From positions 24,924,001-24,988,000 of the forward strand of contig OZ038378.1 of assembly GCA_964036045.1 (NCBI GenBank): a stretch of 64,000 nt of DNA, in the 5' to 3' direction. A program made the position numbers and the translations under genes. Positions 1-12,000 of this stretch are shown one piece after another. The notes under the pieces are model-generated. The model was not told the DNA's origin. It made no database searches and saw nothing but the letters and a program-made list of their open reading frames with translations. Each line of letters begins with the position of its first letter. Within the stretch, counting starts at the first letter, position 1. Source of the stretch: Eutreptiella sp. 'Long Island Sound 2002' (Eukaryota > Protista > Euglenida).

Positions 1-268
1 CACCAGTGTTCAGCCCACTCCCGTACATCCCCTTGGGCAGTGCGGAGGTGGAGAGGATGCTTAGACGGTCGCAGGCGGAAGCTGGGGCGGGGGATGAGCC
101 AGTTACCCCAGATATCATCCCCCTCCCGTACACCCCCCTAAGCAGTGCGGAGGTCCAGCGCATGCTAAAGAGAGCAAGAAAGCACCCAAGAACGGCCGCT
201 GAGGTCTTCCAGTAGGCGGGGCCGCAACAATTATGTCAGGTTTGAACCATTTTTGTGTGAGATAGCAT

Positions 269-335
269 AAGAGGCATGGACGGTCTGGTGGTATGCGCCA
301 TGGGTGGCGCTGGTCGTCGTCGGGTGCAACTGGGC
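269..335 (+). other. tRNA-derived (Pol III A-box) head sequence, degenerate B-box
   Basis: AAGAGGCATGGACGGTCTGGTGGTATGCGCCATGGGTGGCGCTGGTCGTCGTC matches the minus-strand tRNA-like element starting at 36463 (49 identities, 4 substitutions, 1 gap by manual alignment). Confidence 0.55.
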
Positions 336-1193
336 AATAAGCAACTACACCACGTTGTGCGATGCATGGGCAAGTCCGGCCCGGACTGGGTGACGTATCC
401 GTCCCGTGCGTTGGGGATGGCGCGCGTGGTGTATCACCCCATGGAAGACGAAGAGCCGTCGGACATGCTAAATCACGACTCGGAAACACCATTCTTTGCG
501 GCCATGAGATATGATGAATTCTTCGGCAAGGAATTCCAAAGCTGCCCGATGGTGTTGCATTGCTACTGGACCGGGCGGAATGATGAACTCAACGCAAAGC
601 TTTGGTGGATGATCTGCTCTGAGACGCAAAAGCTCATCCCACGAGAGAAGTTCTCCCTGCAGGTTACGTCCCGAAAGAGGGTGAAACTGGGGTTCTCGGA
701 GGCGTCCCACTACAAGGAATGGCAGCGAGACGCCATGCCGGAGCTCATAGTGCGAGGGCTGAAGTTTATGGACGACCGGACGGATCAGGAGATTGGAGAA
801 TATGGGGGACTATCGGACACGGACACGTCTATTTCGTCCTCGTGCTCTGAGGGACAAGGAGCAGAGACATTTATCGTGTATGATGTACAGCCTTGGATGA
901 AAAAAGCAGAGGTGCGGTCCATTTTCAGCGCCACCAAGGCGGCAGAGCCAAAGCGCTTGAGACCCGTGTCCTGGATGCCCGGGGACACGGATTTGGCGGC
1001 ATGGCGCGTACAAAACCCCGGAGTGGAGGCGTCAATCACCAGTGTGAATAGGGATGGTACGACGGGCCAGAATGTTTATGTGATTTCACTCCGACAATAT
1101 AGCTCATGGATTGAACCCTCCAAGTTGTGCCTCGAGCACAATTCGATATCTTTGAGCTCGGTACAAGGGTGGCTGTGCTGGGTCGCCATCTAG
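276..1193 (+). CDS. 305-aa ORF, possibly a retroelement ORF1/gag-like protein with a degenerate RRM-like segment
   Basis: Long intronless ORF whose ATG lies inside the tRNA-like head. TFIVYDVQPWMKKAEVRSIF resembles RRM beta1-alpha1. No family securely recognised. Confidence 0.35.
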   Translation: MDGLVVCAMGGAGRRRVQLGNKQLHHVVRCMGKSGPDWVTYPSRALGMARVVYHPMEDEEPSDMLNHDSETPFFAAMRYDEFFGKEFQSCPMVLHCYWTGRNDELNAKLWWMICSETQKLIPREKFSLQVTSRKRVKLGFSEASHYKEWQRDAMPELIVRGLKFMDDRTDQEIGEYGGLSDTDTSISSSCSEGQGAETFIVYDVQPWMKKAEVRSIFSATKAAEPKRLRPVSWMPGDTDLAAWRVQNPGVEASITSVNRDGTTGQNVYVISLRQYSSWIEPSKLCLEHNSISLSSVQGWLCWVAI

Positions 1194-1687
1194 GCGAGGT
1201 GGCTTATTCCGTGCGACTATATCTCTTTTCTGCGGTTGGACGCCACGACAGCAGTCTTGCAAAGGTGGTACTCTGTGATCCAACTGTGGGGCTCCCTTTC
1301 GCAAGGGGCGCTACCGGCCAGTGTGGTCAAGACCACGTTGCACGCAATGGCGCAGTTCCTTCAAGTCAGACAAAGCTCGGCGGTACTACCAGTTCACAGA
1401 CAGCAACGATATTTCCCATTGGGCTTTTTTCGAGCCACACCAGCGGATCAAACGGAAGAGAGCCTGCCAATTGGTGGCAGCGGCAAACCCCCTTCCCTCT
1501 CGGTATGTACGGCGGCTTTATGTTCCCCATGGGGACCTGTGCCAGGAGGCGCCAGCTTCGGGCACGGCGGCAGGGGAAATTTTCACAGGGTGTTTGAACC
1601 CGACATGTCTCCACTTCAAGGCGAATGTGCGGTGTTGGCACAGGCCCTCAGAGACACACCACAGGATGTTGCCCTACAATTTTCTTG

Positions 1688-2152
1688 TCAAGTGTCGGGG
1701 TTACGGGTGAGTGTGCCTGAAAAGGTGTTACAGGGGTGGACGTCGGAGTGGTCCGCAAGTTCTTTACTTAACGCCCTGAGCTCTGGGAGCGTCATCGCTT
1801 GATTTATTTCCAACAAGAGGTCCAGTCTGCCTAATTTTATCATGGGTGGCACATGCCTATACCATTTCCCCAAGTCAGAGAGCTCCTTCGCATCTGCCAC
1901 CAGCAGTGCATTGAGCCCTTCCTCCTCGTCTGGCAGAAGGGCCCTGATAAACTCCTCCCAACGGCCTGTGAGAGCTTGCCATTGGACCGGCTCGTTTCGT
2001 GTGTCCATCCTGGACAAACTCTGAAATACTTGGTCCATATGATCCCATGCAAACCGAAGAGCAAGTTGCTTTTGCTCCGTTGCTTTGATTGGTGTTGCCG
2101 ACGACGGCGCTAATCCCCGGTCCTCTGGGTCCTCCGTCATGCTATGGGCCAC
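1688..2152 (-). CDS. 154-aa helical-looking ORF of unknown function
   Basis: Amphipathic, protein-like composition (GRWEEFIRALLPDEEEGLNALL...LLLEINQAMTLPELRALSKEL). Convergent with and overlapping the + ORF 1236-1802. Confidence 0.25.
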   Translation of the reverse strand: MAHSMTEDPEDRGLAPSSATPIKATEQKQLALRFAWDHMDQVFQSLSRMDTRNEPVQWQALTGRWEEFIRALLPDEEEGLNALLVADAKELSDLGKWYRHVPPMIKLGRLDLLLEINQAMTLPELRALSKELADHSDVHPCNTFSGTLTRNPDT

Positions 2153-2271
2153 CTTAGGCAGCCCTAGGACCCACGGGATCGAGCAAGGTAGGAACCACCT
2201 GTCGGTGCGAGATGCTCGGTAACTCCAGTAGACGGCATGAAAAGTGGTTATGACTATGAGTATGACTATAC

Positions 2272-2274
<3 letters not shown>

Positions 2275-2309
<35 letters not shown>
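2275..2309. repeat. (TA)n microsatellite
   Basis: Direct reading; abuts the foldback element. Confidence 0.95.
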
Positions 2310-2311
<2 letters not shown>

Positions 2312-3199
2312 GCGTTTGACAGGGGGGGGGGGGTAAACAGGCTGTTTTGGGTGTTTTCCCGGAGTAGGTCCCGGTGCCGGCTGATTTCACAAAAATGGGT
2401 GTCAAATCATATGGGTACGTTGTACCTTTTTGAAAAGTGCATGGAAAGGGCTTTTCAGTGCAATTTGAGTTGGGGTCTAACTCATCGATATGTTGAAATG
2501 CCGGGCCGGACGAAAAAAACGTTTCGGTTCCAAAGGCCAGATTTAGCTGTTCTGCTTGCAGCTTGCGCAGGTAACCAATAGTGGTCCGGGGATATTTCTC
2601 CAACATACTGTGACTTCGGCAAAATATGCTAGGGAGTAAAAAGATGCAGTTTTTCGTGCCGAATCCATTGGCGCAGGTCTCACGTTCCAACTCAACGATA
2701 TCTTAGAGAAATTCACCAAAAACTGTCTAGCTCGCAGCCTGAAAAAAACGAAGATTTTTCATCGCTTACTTTTTCAGGCTGCCAGCCGGACAGTTTTAAG
2801 TGAATTTCTCTGTCATATCGTTGAGTTGGAAGGTGAGACCTGCACCAATGGATTCGGCACGAGAAACTGCATCCTTTTAACCCCTAGCATATGTTGCTGA
2901 AGTTAGGATATGTTGCAGAAATACCCCCCGGACCACTGTTGGTTACCTGCGCAAGCTGCAAGCAGAACAGCTAAATCGGCCCTCTGGAACCAAAACGTTT
3001 TTTTCGTCCGGCCCGGCATTTTGACATATCGATGAGTTACACCCCAACTCAAATTACATTTAATAGCCCTTTCCATGCACTTTTCAAAAAGGTACAACAT
3101 GCAAGGGCGAATTTACACCCATATCCCGGAATTGGCTTTGGACCACCGCCGACTCCGAAAAAACACCCATATATCCCCCCCCCCCCCTGTCAAACGCCC
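2310..3199. mobile_element. Foldback/MITE-like element made almost entirely of two ~430-bp inverted arms, TA-flanked
   Basis: Left end GGGCGTTTGACAGGGGGGG, right end CCCCCCCTGTCAAACGCCC. Arms pair inward to GCAGCCTGAAAAA (2734) / TTTTCAGGCTGC (2782). TA at both flanks. Confidence 0.85.
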
Positions 3200-3330
3200 A
3201 TATATATAATATATATCCTCTAATCTACACCCCTCTCCCATACTCTACGTGGCTCCACTCTAAGGTACGTGCGAAGGGTACAACTTGGTGCATACACGCA
3301 GCGGAAGGGACTAAACTCGATCAAAACAAG

Positions 3331-3870
3331 CTCAAAATGGGCTCAAAACACCTGTTTGTGCACCCCCAATGGTCCAAGATCACTTTTGGAAAAATGCGGT
3401 TTTGACCGATTTTTCACCCATTTTTGCTCCCAAAACGGCCCCTTTTCAAGGAATATTGGGATTTCCATTGGCCAAAACCCGTCCAAATGGGCTCAAAATG
3501 GGCTAAAAAAACTTATCCGAGGATCCCCAATGGTCCAAAATCACTTTTGGAAAAACGCGTTTTTGACCCATTTTTGACCCACTTTCGGTCCCAAAACGGC
3601 CCCTTTTCAAGGCATTTTGGGATTTCCATGGGCCAAAACACGTCACCACGGGCTCAAAATGGGCTAAAAACACTTGTTTGAGCATCCCAAATGGTCCAGG
3701 CTCACTTTTGGAAAAACGCGTTTTTGACCCATTTTTGACCCATTTTTTGTCCTAAAACGGCCCATTTTCAAGGCTTTTTGGGATTTTCCGTGGCCCAAAA
3801 CGCGTCACCACGAGCTCAAAACAGGCTAAAAACACGTGTTTGAGCATCCCAAGTGGTCTGGGCACAACTT
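3331..3870. repeat. ~161-bp tandem repeat, ~3.4 copies, with A/T tracts
   Basis: Unit start CTCAAAA at 3331, 3492, 3653, 3815 (periods 161, 161, 162). Confidence 0.9.
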
Positions 3871-4503
3871 TGGAAAAAATGATTTTTTTCGCCCCGGGGA
3901 CCCTGGTGGACCCACTGTTGGCCCCAACGGTGCGCGGGCCGGGATGCCCTCTGGCTCAACCAAGTGATCACTGGTACGGGTGTCTAGGCGTCCGTTTGGG
4001 CGATTATGAGGCTTGGAAACCACAAAAAGAGGGGGGTTGCGGGTGGACTGGGTGCCATCGGAATCAGATTTTGAGCCACGTAGCCCAAGATACGGCCCGT
4101 GCTTGGTTTCGGGGGGTTGGTGCAAATTGCGCAGATTTTGGGGCTTTTTGGCGCCTTTTTGGGCCGTTTCTCGGACATATCGGGGAGTTGAAGGGCACTA
4201 GAGGGCTCTTTGACACGGTGAAGTCAAGCCGCATGTGGAGTGTAGCCACCGTTTCGCTTCGTTTGGTCGTTTTGAGTGGGTTTTGGGGCCTTTTTGGGCC
4301 AAAAAAAGGCTGTTTTGGGGCACAAAATGCGCAGCTTTGGAAGGGCACCTCCCGACTTGGCGCCCCCGCCCCGGGGCGCCACCGGTGAGTTTTTGGCTCA
4401 AAACTTGGATTTGGCGGGGGCACCACCTAGGCTCTAGGATGGCTAGAGTAGAGTAGAGCCCCAAGCGTTGGAACGGAGCAATGGCCAAAACGGAAAGGAG
4501 AAA

Positions 4504-4566
4504 TGCTTGCTTGTTGCTTGCTTGCTTGTTGCTTGCTTGCTTGTTGCTTGCTTGCTTGTTGCTTGT
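4504..4566. repeat. (TTGC)-based microsatellite with a 15-bp period
   Basis: TTGCTTGCTTGCTTG repeated about 4 times. Confidence 0.95.
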
Positions 4567-4889
4567 TAGCTAGATTTAAGGGGAGAAGGGTGTAGTAATA
4601 TATATATATATATACCAAGGCTTCCATTCCAATCATCCTCAAGCTGCGAGGTTCAACATTCCTACATCCTACATCGCTGCAATAACCATGAGTTTAAAAT
4701 TCATGTGTGGGCCTTGCAGTTGCCCCTAGCACATTGATTCACAACTTCCTAACCGTAGGATCCATACTCCATCCCTCCTGCATATGGAGTGTTTGTCGGG
4801 AGGGGGCATTATTCTGGTGATTTCCGGGTATTTTTTCTAGTGTCGTCTGATTTCCCGGAATGTTGTGTTCCAGATGGAAGGGGGGTGGG

Positions 4890-5400
4890 TAGGTTATACC
4901 TTTTCGGAAAGGTCTTGAAGAGGGCTTTTCAAAAAGGTAGGGGTTGGGGTTGGGGGGGCATATTTTTGAGAAATTTGGCTCAGACTTTTAGCAGTTATGG
5001 TGTTTCTTGGCACGTCCGCGCAGGGTTCTAGTGCACTGTTTTGGTGTGCCCTATAGTGTCCCCCGATTTCCTGGAGCATGGTGTTCCGTATGTTATGCCT
5101 TTTCGGAAAGGTCTTGAAGAGGGCTTTTCGGAGCTGTATGGGTTGCGGGGGGGGGGGGGGGATATTTTTGAGAAACTTAGCCGGGACTGTCACAGGTTGT
5201 GTGGCGTTCGGGTTGATTGTTGCTGTGCATGGTGTGCCATCGGCTGGTAACAGTGTTTTTGAAATTTCTCCAAGGTCCGTGGAGTTTGGGCCTCAAACAT
5301 TCACCAATGCGTTCAGCACCAAAAACTGCACAAATTTGGTCCCTTACAAAATTTGAAAATGAAACGATATGTCAGAGGAAAGTTGAAAACACGATTTTCC
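4890..5400. mobile_element. Degenerate relative of the foldback arm, with an internal duplication
   Basis: CTTTTCGGAAAGGTCTTGAAGAGGGCTTTTC occurs at ~4900 and ~5100 and resembles 2425-2455. CCAATGCGTTCAGCACCAAAAACTGCA resembles the arm sequence at ~2845. Confidence 0.5.
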
Positions 5401-5963
5401 TAGCAACGTAGACTGATAATAGCCTGGTACAAAACTGGCCCTAATCAACAAACAAAAATCCTGAAATGCTCAAAAATACCGTCGAACGGTGACCCGCAAC
5501 CATCAAAAATGGATTCTCCACCCCATTTTGGGGGCAATGGTGCCACTGAGCCCTGAGCCCGGGCCTGCCAGCCAGCATGTAGCTAAATGGCCGGATACCG
5601 GGCATGGCGAACAGGCACCACATGTCCGCGAACAAATATGGGAGCCCCAGGTCCTCGGTCCTTGAGCAGTGAGGGGCGCCACTACGCCCACATGGATCTC
5701 TCCTCCCGGCAACTGCACGAACTAGACTAGGACTAGACGAACAGGTCCGGGGGCAGGAGGAACCACTCGCATGATGTCGCCACGTTTTGGGTTCAAGGTC
5801 GGAACCTACCGTCTACCTTCCCATGGGTATGACGTGCCGGCCTGTTCCCTGGGGTAACAGCAGCCTCAGCATAGTGCCTTCAGCACACAGACGTGCACGC
5901 GCGCAAAGGCTCACAGACACGCATGCGCACGCCCGGGTGCGCGCACACACACATACACACAGC

Positions 5964-5965
<2 letters not shown>

Positions 5966-6025
<60 letters not shown>
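5966..6025. repeat. (CA)n microsatellite
   Basis: Direct reading. Confidence 0.97.
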
Positions 6026-6029
<4 letters not shown>

Positions 6030-9000
6030 GGCATGCGCAGCCACACAACCGCACGCACAAACACAAACCCTCGCATGCAAGAATCAGCAGCCTTTCTTCG
6101 CATGTTTACAGCTTTGCATATGTTGGTTCATGTCTTTATGTGCACAGGTGTAGAAGATGATCATGCTTTGGCGGCACCAAGACCACTGAGACCTGCTGAT
6201 CTCTCAAAGTGAGTCAGCAATTGCTGCCCAACTCCAACATCACATGTTATGGCACGCGACACAAAGTCGCCGGCATATATGATGCGGCAAGCCCTTGGGG
6301 AAGCAGTGCTGGTTAAGAACTGGGTTGGACTGCATGACAATGGACCATGCTGTTTCGTAAGTAGGGGAGCGCATTTGATACCATCAGTTCTTGGAACATA
6401 TGTTGGCTTGTGCTGTACCGCCCGCCCAAGGCATGCTATGTACCCAACATCAGCAGAAAAAACAGCACCTTGTGGCCAAACCCGTTTTCCAGCCCCCTCT
6501 GCGTGGTGCATGTATAGGCCAAACCCATCATCGAACTGTCAGCCGAAGGAAGTCTCGGCTTGGCACATCATCTATCAACTGATCTGGGGCAGTGTTAGAA
6601 GAAACCAAAGCACACAGTCGGAATCCCATGAATGTGCATCGCAGTGCGGAGATGCCAAGTCTGCACACTGCACAGACTGCACAGACCCTTGCTCAGCGAT
6701 TGTCCCTCGCATTCGATCTTCATTGTACTATGACCTGGTCATGGCCCAGCCTCGGGGCGGCGAAGAGGGCATCGCTTGGCGATTGTGGGGGGGGGGGGGG
6801 GGGCAGGGGTGAGAATAGGTCTGGGTTGGCCTCCAGCCAACCGACCCATCCACCCACATCAAAATGATATTTGGCAGAAGAGGACTGCAGCGTGCCCAAG
6901 GGACTGAGCAAGGGACTGCACTGGCATCCGAGGCCAATGTTGGGAACACAGTCATTGCATTCGACCTCTGGCCCACCCACCCACCCAACCCTGTCACCTC
7001 GTTAGGGTTGGCCCAAACCTATGCAACCCCCTGCGGCTGACACCTCCAAACGGGTTTGTGGGTTTTTTGGGGGGAATGGGCTTTCTGGGACCCTCACCAT
7101 TCTCTAAGATTGGCAGCGAGCGCCAGGCCTCCAAACATGGGGTCTGCGGGTGTTGGGGAGGGACGTGGTGAAAAATGCCTCCAAATGATCAACATGACAC
7201 AATCATCATTGTAGGAGCTGCAGTGGCCAGTTTGCTGACCCGGGAGTCCTGTATCAGACCCTTCCCGCACCCCCCCCCCCCCAACCACCTCTGACAAACA
7301 GTTGCGGGCCTGCCTCCACTTTACATGTGCCACACCGTAGCATAGCCTGGATTCAAGTGCAGCTCGAGCAGTGGACAGCCCAATGAAGAATGAAGGGCGA
7401 TGATGAATTTTGAGGGGAGGACTGCAGATGACATTGCAGCCGCTTAAAAACAGGATTTGGACTTGGACTGGGACATGGTATAATGTTGGGCACAGTCGTT
7501 GCACAGCAATGGGCTAGGCACCATGCACAAATCACCCATGTGTTGACCTCATTGGATCTATTGATGGTGGCGGTTGCGGGTTTGAGTAGTACGGCTGGCG
7601 GGACTGGGCCCGGGGCTGGTTCTGTATTGGCACTGAGTGGGTGGACACCAGGGTCTGGGTTTCGTGTTTGTACTTGATGGGTCCGGTGTGTTGGTCGCAG
7701 GACTGGTCGCATGCGGCCTTGAGGACAGCCTCGTTGGGCGAATGGCGGGCCTTGTGTTCTACTGTATGTAGAGGTACTGCTGCACGGGGGCGATGTTGGG
7801 CGACGTGGGGTCTGCTAGGGGCTGGTGTGTGGTGTGCTCCTCCGTGGTGCACGGCTTGCATTTGTGTGGTGGATATGTGCACAACTTGCAGCGCAGTGCC
7901 CAGGAGCGGGACATATCTATAACACACCTCTTGTGGTGTGCAGAAACGGCCTTTTCATATGGAATGAAAACATGTTCTGCTAATCCGTTGATCTGCCGGT
8001 CTGATGATCTTGAGAGTTGATGTCGTGGCTATGGTATCCCCACCCAATCCTCTTCTACTGGAGGGCTCACTTTTCCCGCCAAATCCAACCAGTTGGCTTT
8101 GCTGATGGCGCCACCAGCCCCCTTTGCAAGAGCATGGCAAAAGGCAGCCCAAAGGCTTGGCTCCAGGACTATCACGGAAACTGTCTATATGCACCCTGGG
8201 ATGTGCACCAGCACCAGGGGCGCCCGTAAAACAAAAAAAACGGAAAAAACTCCTGACATCACACTGCCAAAATGAATGCTGATGCTTACCCACAACCCGC
8301 CGTCGGTTACCCGCCCACGGGGCGCCGAACATAATCCCTGTCCCTGAGGGAAAAACAAAAAGTCTGGATCCCGAACGGCCCTGCCCAGCACATGGACTGG
8401 CTTCTTCCCACTTCTTTTCCAAGGCAATAGCACAGCTGAGGCACACAAAGCTTCGGAACAAACCCTTGCTCCTGACCCGCTGTCAGAGGTCAAGTGCTTC
8501 TGCAGCTGAGCAATTGGCAGAGACACTTTTGCCCTCTGAAGAGTGGTCGCTCTGACTGATGCATCATTACACAGTGTGATTGGTGAATCTCGTAAATGGA
8601 CACCACAGACTTTGCATGCCTCTCATAAACCAAACAGAAGACACGTGTAAATCATTGAGTGCACCCATGGGCATGGGGCTCAGTTGTGCTCTGTGTGAGA
8701 GGCACTAAGCATTGCCCTGGGTAACAGGTGTGCCATATCCATGGTTAGCCCTCCAGTGCATGACCCCTCAACCAGCTGCATTCTTGCAAACACCTTCATA
8801 GCACCCCCGCACCTTTGGTATGCGGCAGCCATAGCAGCAGCGGAAACCCATCATCATGATTCCCGGAGTCGCAGCCCCAGCCTCTGTCCCCATCCGATGC
8901 CCATGCCCACTCTAGCTCTCACCTGCTATGTGAAGACTCAATATGGTCTATAGCGCGCCCCCATATGCGGTATTCCCATTTTGGGTGAAGAGTAGATGGA

Positions 9001-12000
9001 TTGCATTGGGGCGCGAGGGAACGCGCCCTGCCCATAAACTACACCTGCAGTGCAAAAGGAATCCAGGATTGTGGACAGAGGACATGTTTGCCCCATATTA
9101 AGAAGACCCACAAGCAATGGCAGGAACAACACAATGTAGCCATGTGCCCACAGTAGCCTATATGCCCAACCAAGGTTGTGTCCACATTATACGGAACCTC
9201 TTGTTGATGGAAATTGGTTGAATGACAGGGATAACATGACTGGCTTGGTGACTAATTGTATCACAAGTTGGTGAGCCACGGACAGCAGTGGTGAAAATTA
9301 TCCTGTCACACTACCAAAAAGGGGGGAGGGGGATGACCATTGCTAGGTGACCCATGGTAACTTGGTTTCGTGCCGTTGCTATTTGGTGGGACCCATTTTT
9401 TTTGGTTAGCGGGCACCAACACAATGCTTCCAAACAAAGCCTTTCCCTTTCACAAAGAAACGCAAACGGACAAGAAAAGAGGAGGAGGAGGAGGAGGAGG
9501 AGGGGAATGAAGAGAAGAAAGAAGAGGATAAAAAGATCACTGTGCGTCTTCCCCAAAAGATTTGGAAAAGCAGATTTTTTTTTGGAAATTGCAGTTTACA
9601 GCATTTTGAGGAGTTTCAGCAATATATCTCCATGGTGCCATTGTAGCTCTTTGAATTGATTGTCTTGTGAAACTCTGCCTTTATGGCATGAGGTACACTG
9701 AGGTGTCCACATACTTGCCCCGCAAAAATGGAGAATAAATCTCAGCCTGGTGTTGCCCAACCCAATTGCCTTCTGAGCAGTACAAAAAAAAAACCGCACG
9801 CCATGCCATGCATAACTCTGGCCCAAATGAAGTAAGAAATTGTTTGCTCCCACTGATTTGTGTACACGGTTGGATGTCCACTATGTGCACTTTTGTTGAC
9901 TACCCGCGAGCTTGGACAATGGCTTCCATGTGCAGCAACGGGTTATCTTTCAAAATGAAAAACTATGGCAAGAAAAGGCCAGCATCAACAAGAAAAACCC
10001 GCTGCATGATGCAAGCACCACTTTCTCATTCCCAACAATCACCAACAAATTGGAATCCTTTGGTATGTGTGGATTTAATTGCACCCTCGGAGGCATTTTG
10101 TGGTGCATGTGTGGGACCCTATGGAAACAACACACAAAATGCAGCCACTCCTATGAGCTTTCAAGGGGTTGAATATCTTATCTCTACCAATCCGAGGCCC
10201 TTAGGAACCCAACGCAATGGATGTATGTGTAGCTACCGCAGTGTGCACATCATAAATCCAACCACCCCTTGCACAATGGGTGTTCACACCAATACCTCCC
10301 ACTTTCATACAAAACGTACTGCAAACTGTGAATGTCCCCCATGCTATCTTTGTCCCAAGGGGCCGTTGTGCATTGGAGATGTTGTCATTACACCCTAGTA
10401 GCCAACTAGGGCTGAGTATTGGGACCGAGCTGATGACAAAGGGAACATTCCGCACTGCACACCGTGCACTCAGCACACGACAGACGGCACACTTTGTACA
10501 TTGCAAAAAATACACTTTGCACCACACACACTGCGCACTTTTGAACACTGTACACTACACCACAATGTTGCGCGCTGCGTGTACATTGTGCACGTGGCAA
10601 ATTGCATACACTATACACACTTTGCACTCTGCACACGCACTACACACTGAATACTCAACACTCTGCACATCAAGCACAGTGTGCATTGTGGGTTTTGCAC
10701 ATTGCACACTATGCACCTTGCAGACCAACCATTGGCACCAGTTGCCAGCTAAAAAAGGGGGGTCAAAAAATGTTTTTGGCCTGATTGTCCTCAAACTCTT
10801 GGACAATCACTAGTGCGCCAAAACATTTGCTTCCAATTGGAGCTGTTTTGTTTCAACAATAATGGTCCCATAACAGGAATGCACATGGGCACAGAAACGC
10901 CCATTTGGAAGAGGAATGCCCCCACTTGGAAGCACTGGCTTGATGCAGCAGCCGGCATGCTGACTTTTCAGGGCGCTCAGCCTCAAAACCATAATAGAAA
11001 TGGCCGCTGTGGACCATTCGAACTGCAACTTGCTTGTATTGTTGCACAGAAACCCTTATTCCTATCCCTGCCATTTCGGGGCCCTCAGAGAACAAGAAAT
11101 TTGTCCCTAAATAACTCCTGCTGTGTTGGGAACCTAGGGCGGGGAAGAGTTGTGGCTCCATGACCCGTGCATCAGTCACTGCAGCCGTCTCAGCGTCCCG
11201 AAAGGGAGGTGCAACAATGGCTTCAGAATCCCTGCCCCTTCACGGGGGCACTTGCACCTCTTAGACGAAAACAATACACCTCTTACGCACCCTAAAATGA
11301 CGAAACTACTCATAGTTACAAATGTAATTCCGAATGCAAAAAAAATGGTCACGGGAATCTCGGCTCAGGAGGTCTCCACCGCTGGTCTGCACAATCCTGG
11401 CGCCTGGAGGGCCTTTTGGGGGGCAGGGGGGGGGGTGTCTGGGGGAGGGCGCTAGCCCTGGCAAAAGGGGGGGGGGGCGTGCATCACAGCACAGCTCATC
11501 GACCAATCCATAAGGTAACAGTGTAGGGTTTTCTCTTACGGCGGTCTTCTCAGGGTCTCCAAAGCAGAGAGGAATCAAAGTGGCTACGTGACCCCTTCCG
11601 TCTTGGGGCATTCACGTTGGGGAAGAAGTGACCCAAGACCTCGGCCAAGTGGCACTATGCCTGGGTCCAGAGGGCCCTCTGGGAGGGGCCCTTGGATTGC
11701 CTGAGCCGAGATTCCCATGAATAATAATATTAATTGTGAATAATAATATCAATTGTAACCATGAGTACATGTTATGGCTGCGAAAGAAAAATATTATTGT
11801 TATCATTATTTGTACTCACGGTTCCAGGTTTTAAGTTGTGGCTCACGGTTGCAACATGAATTTGCTCGCATTTACAACGTACATTCACTCGCAGTTACTG
11901 AAGACTGACGCAATGTTGAGGCAGTGCAACAAATTTTGTGTCTGGCAGAAAGCTTGCACTTAGCTGTGCGTGACGGAGTCTTGGTCTGCAGGAACGGGCA

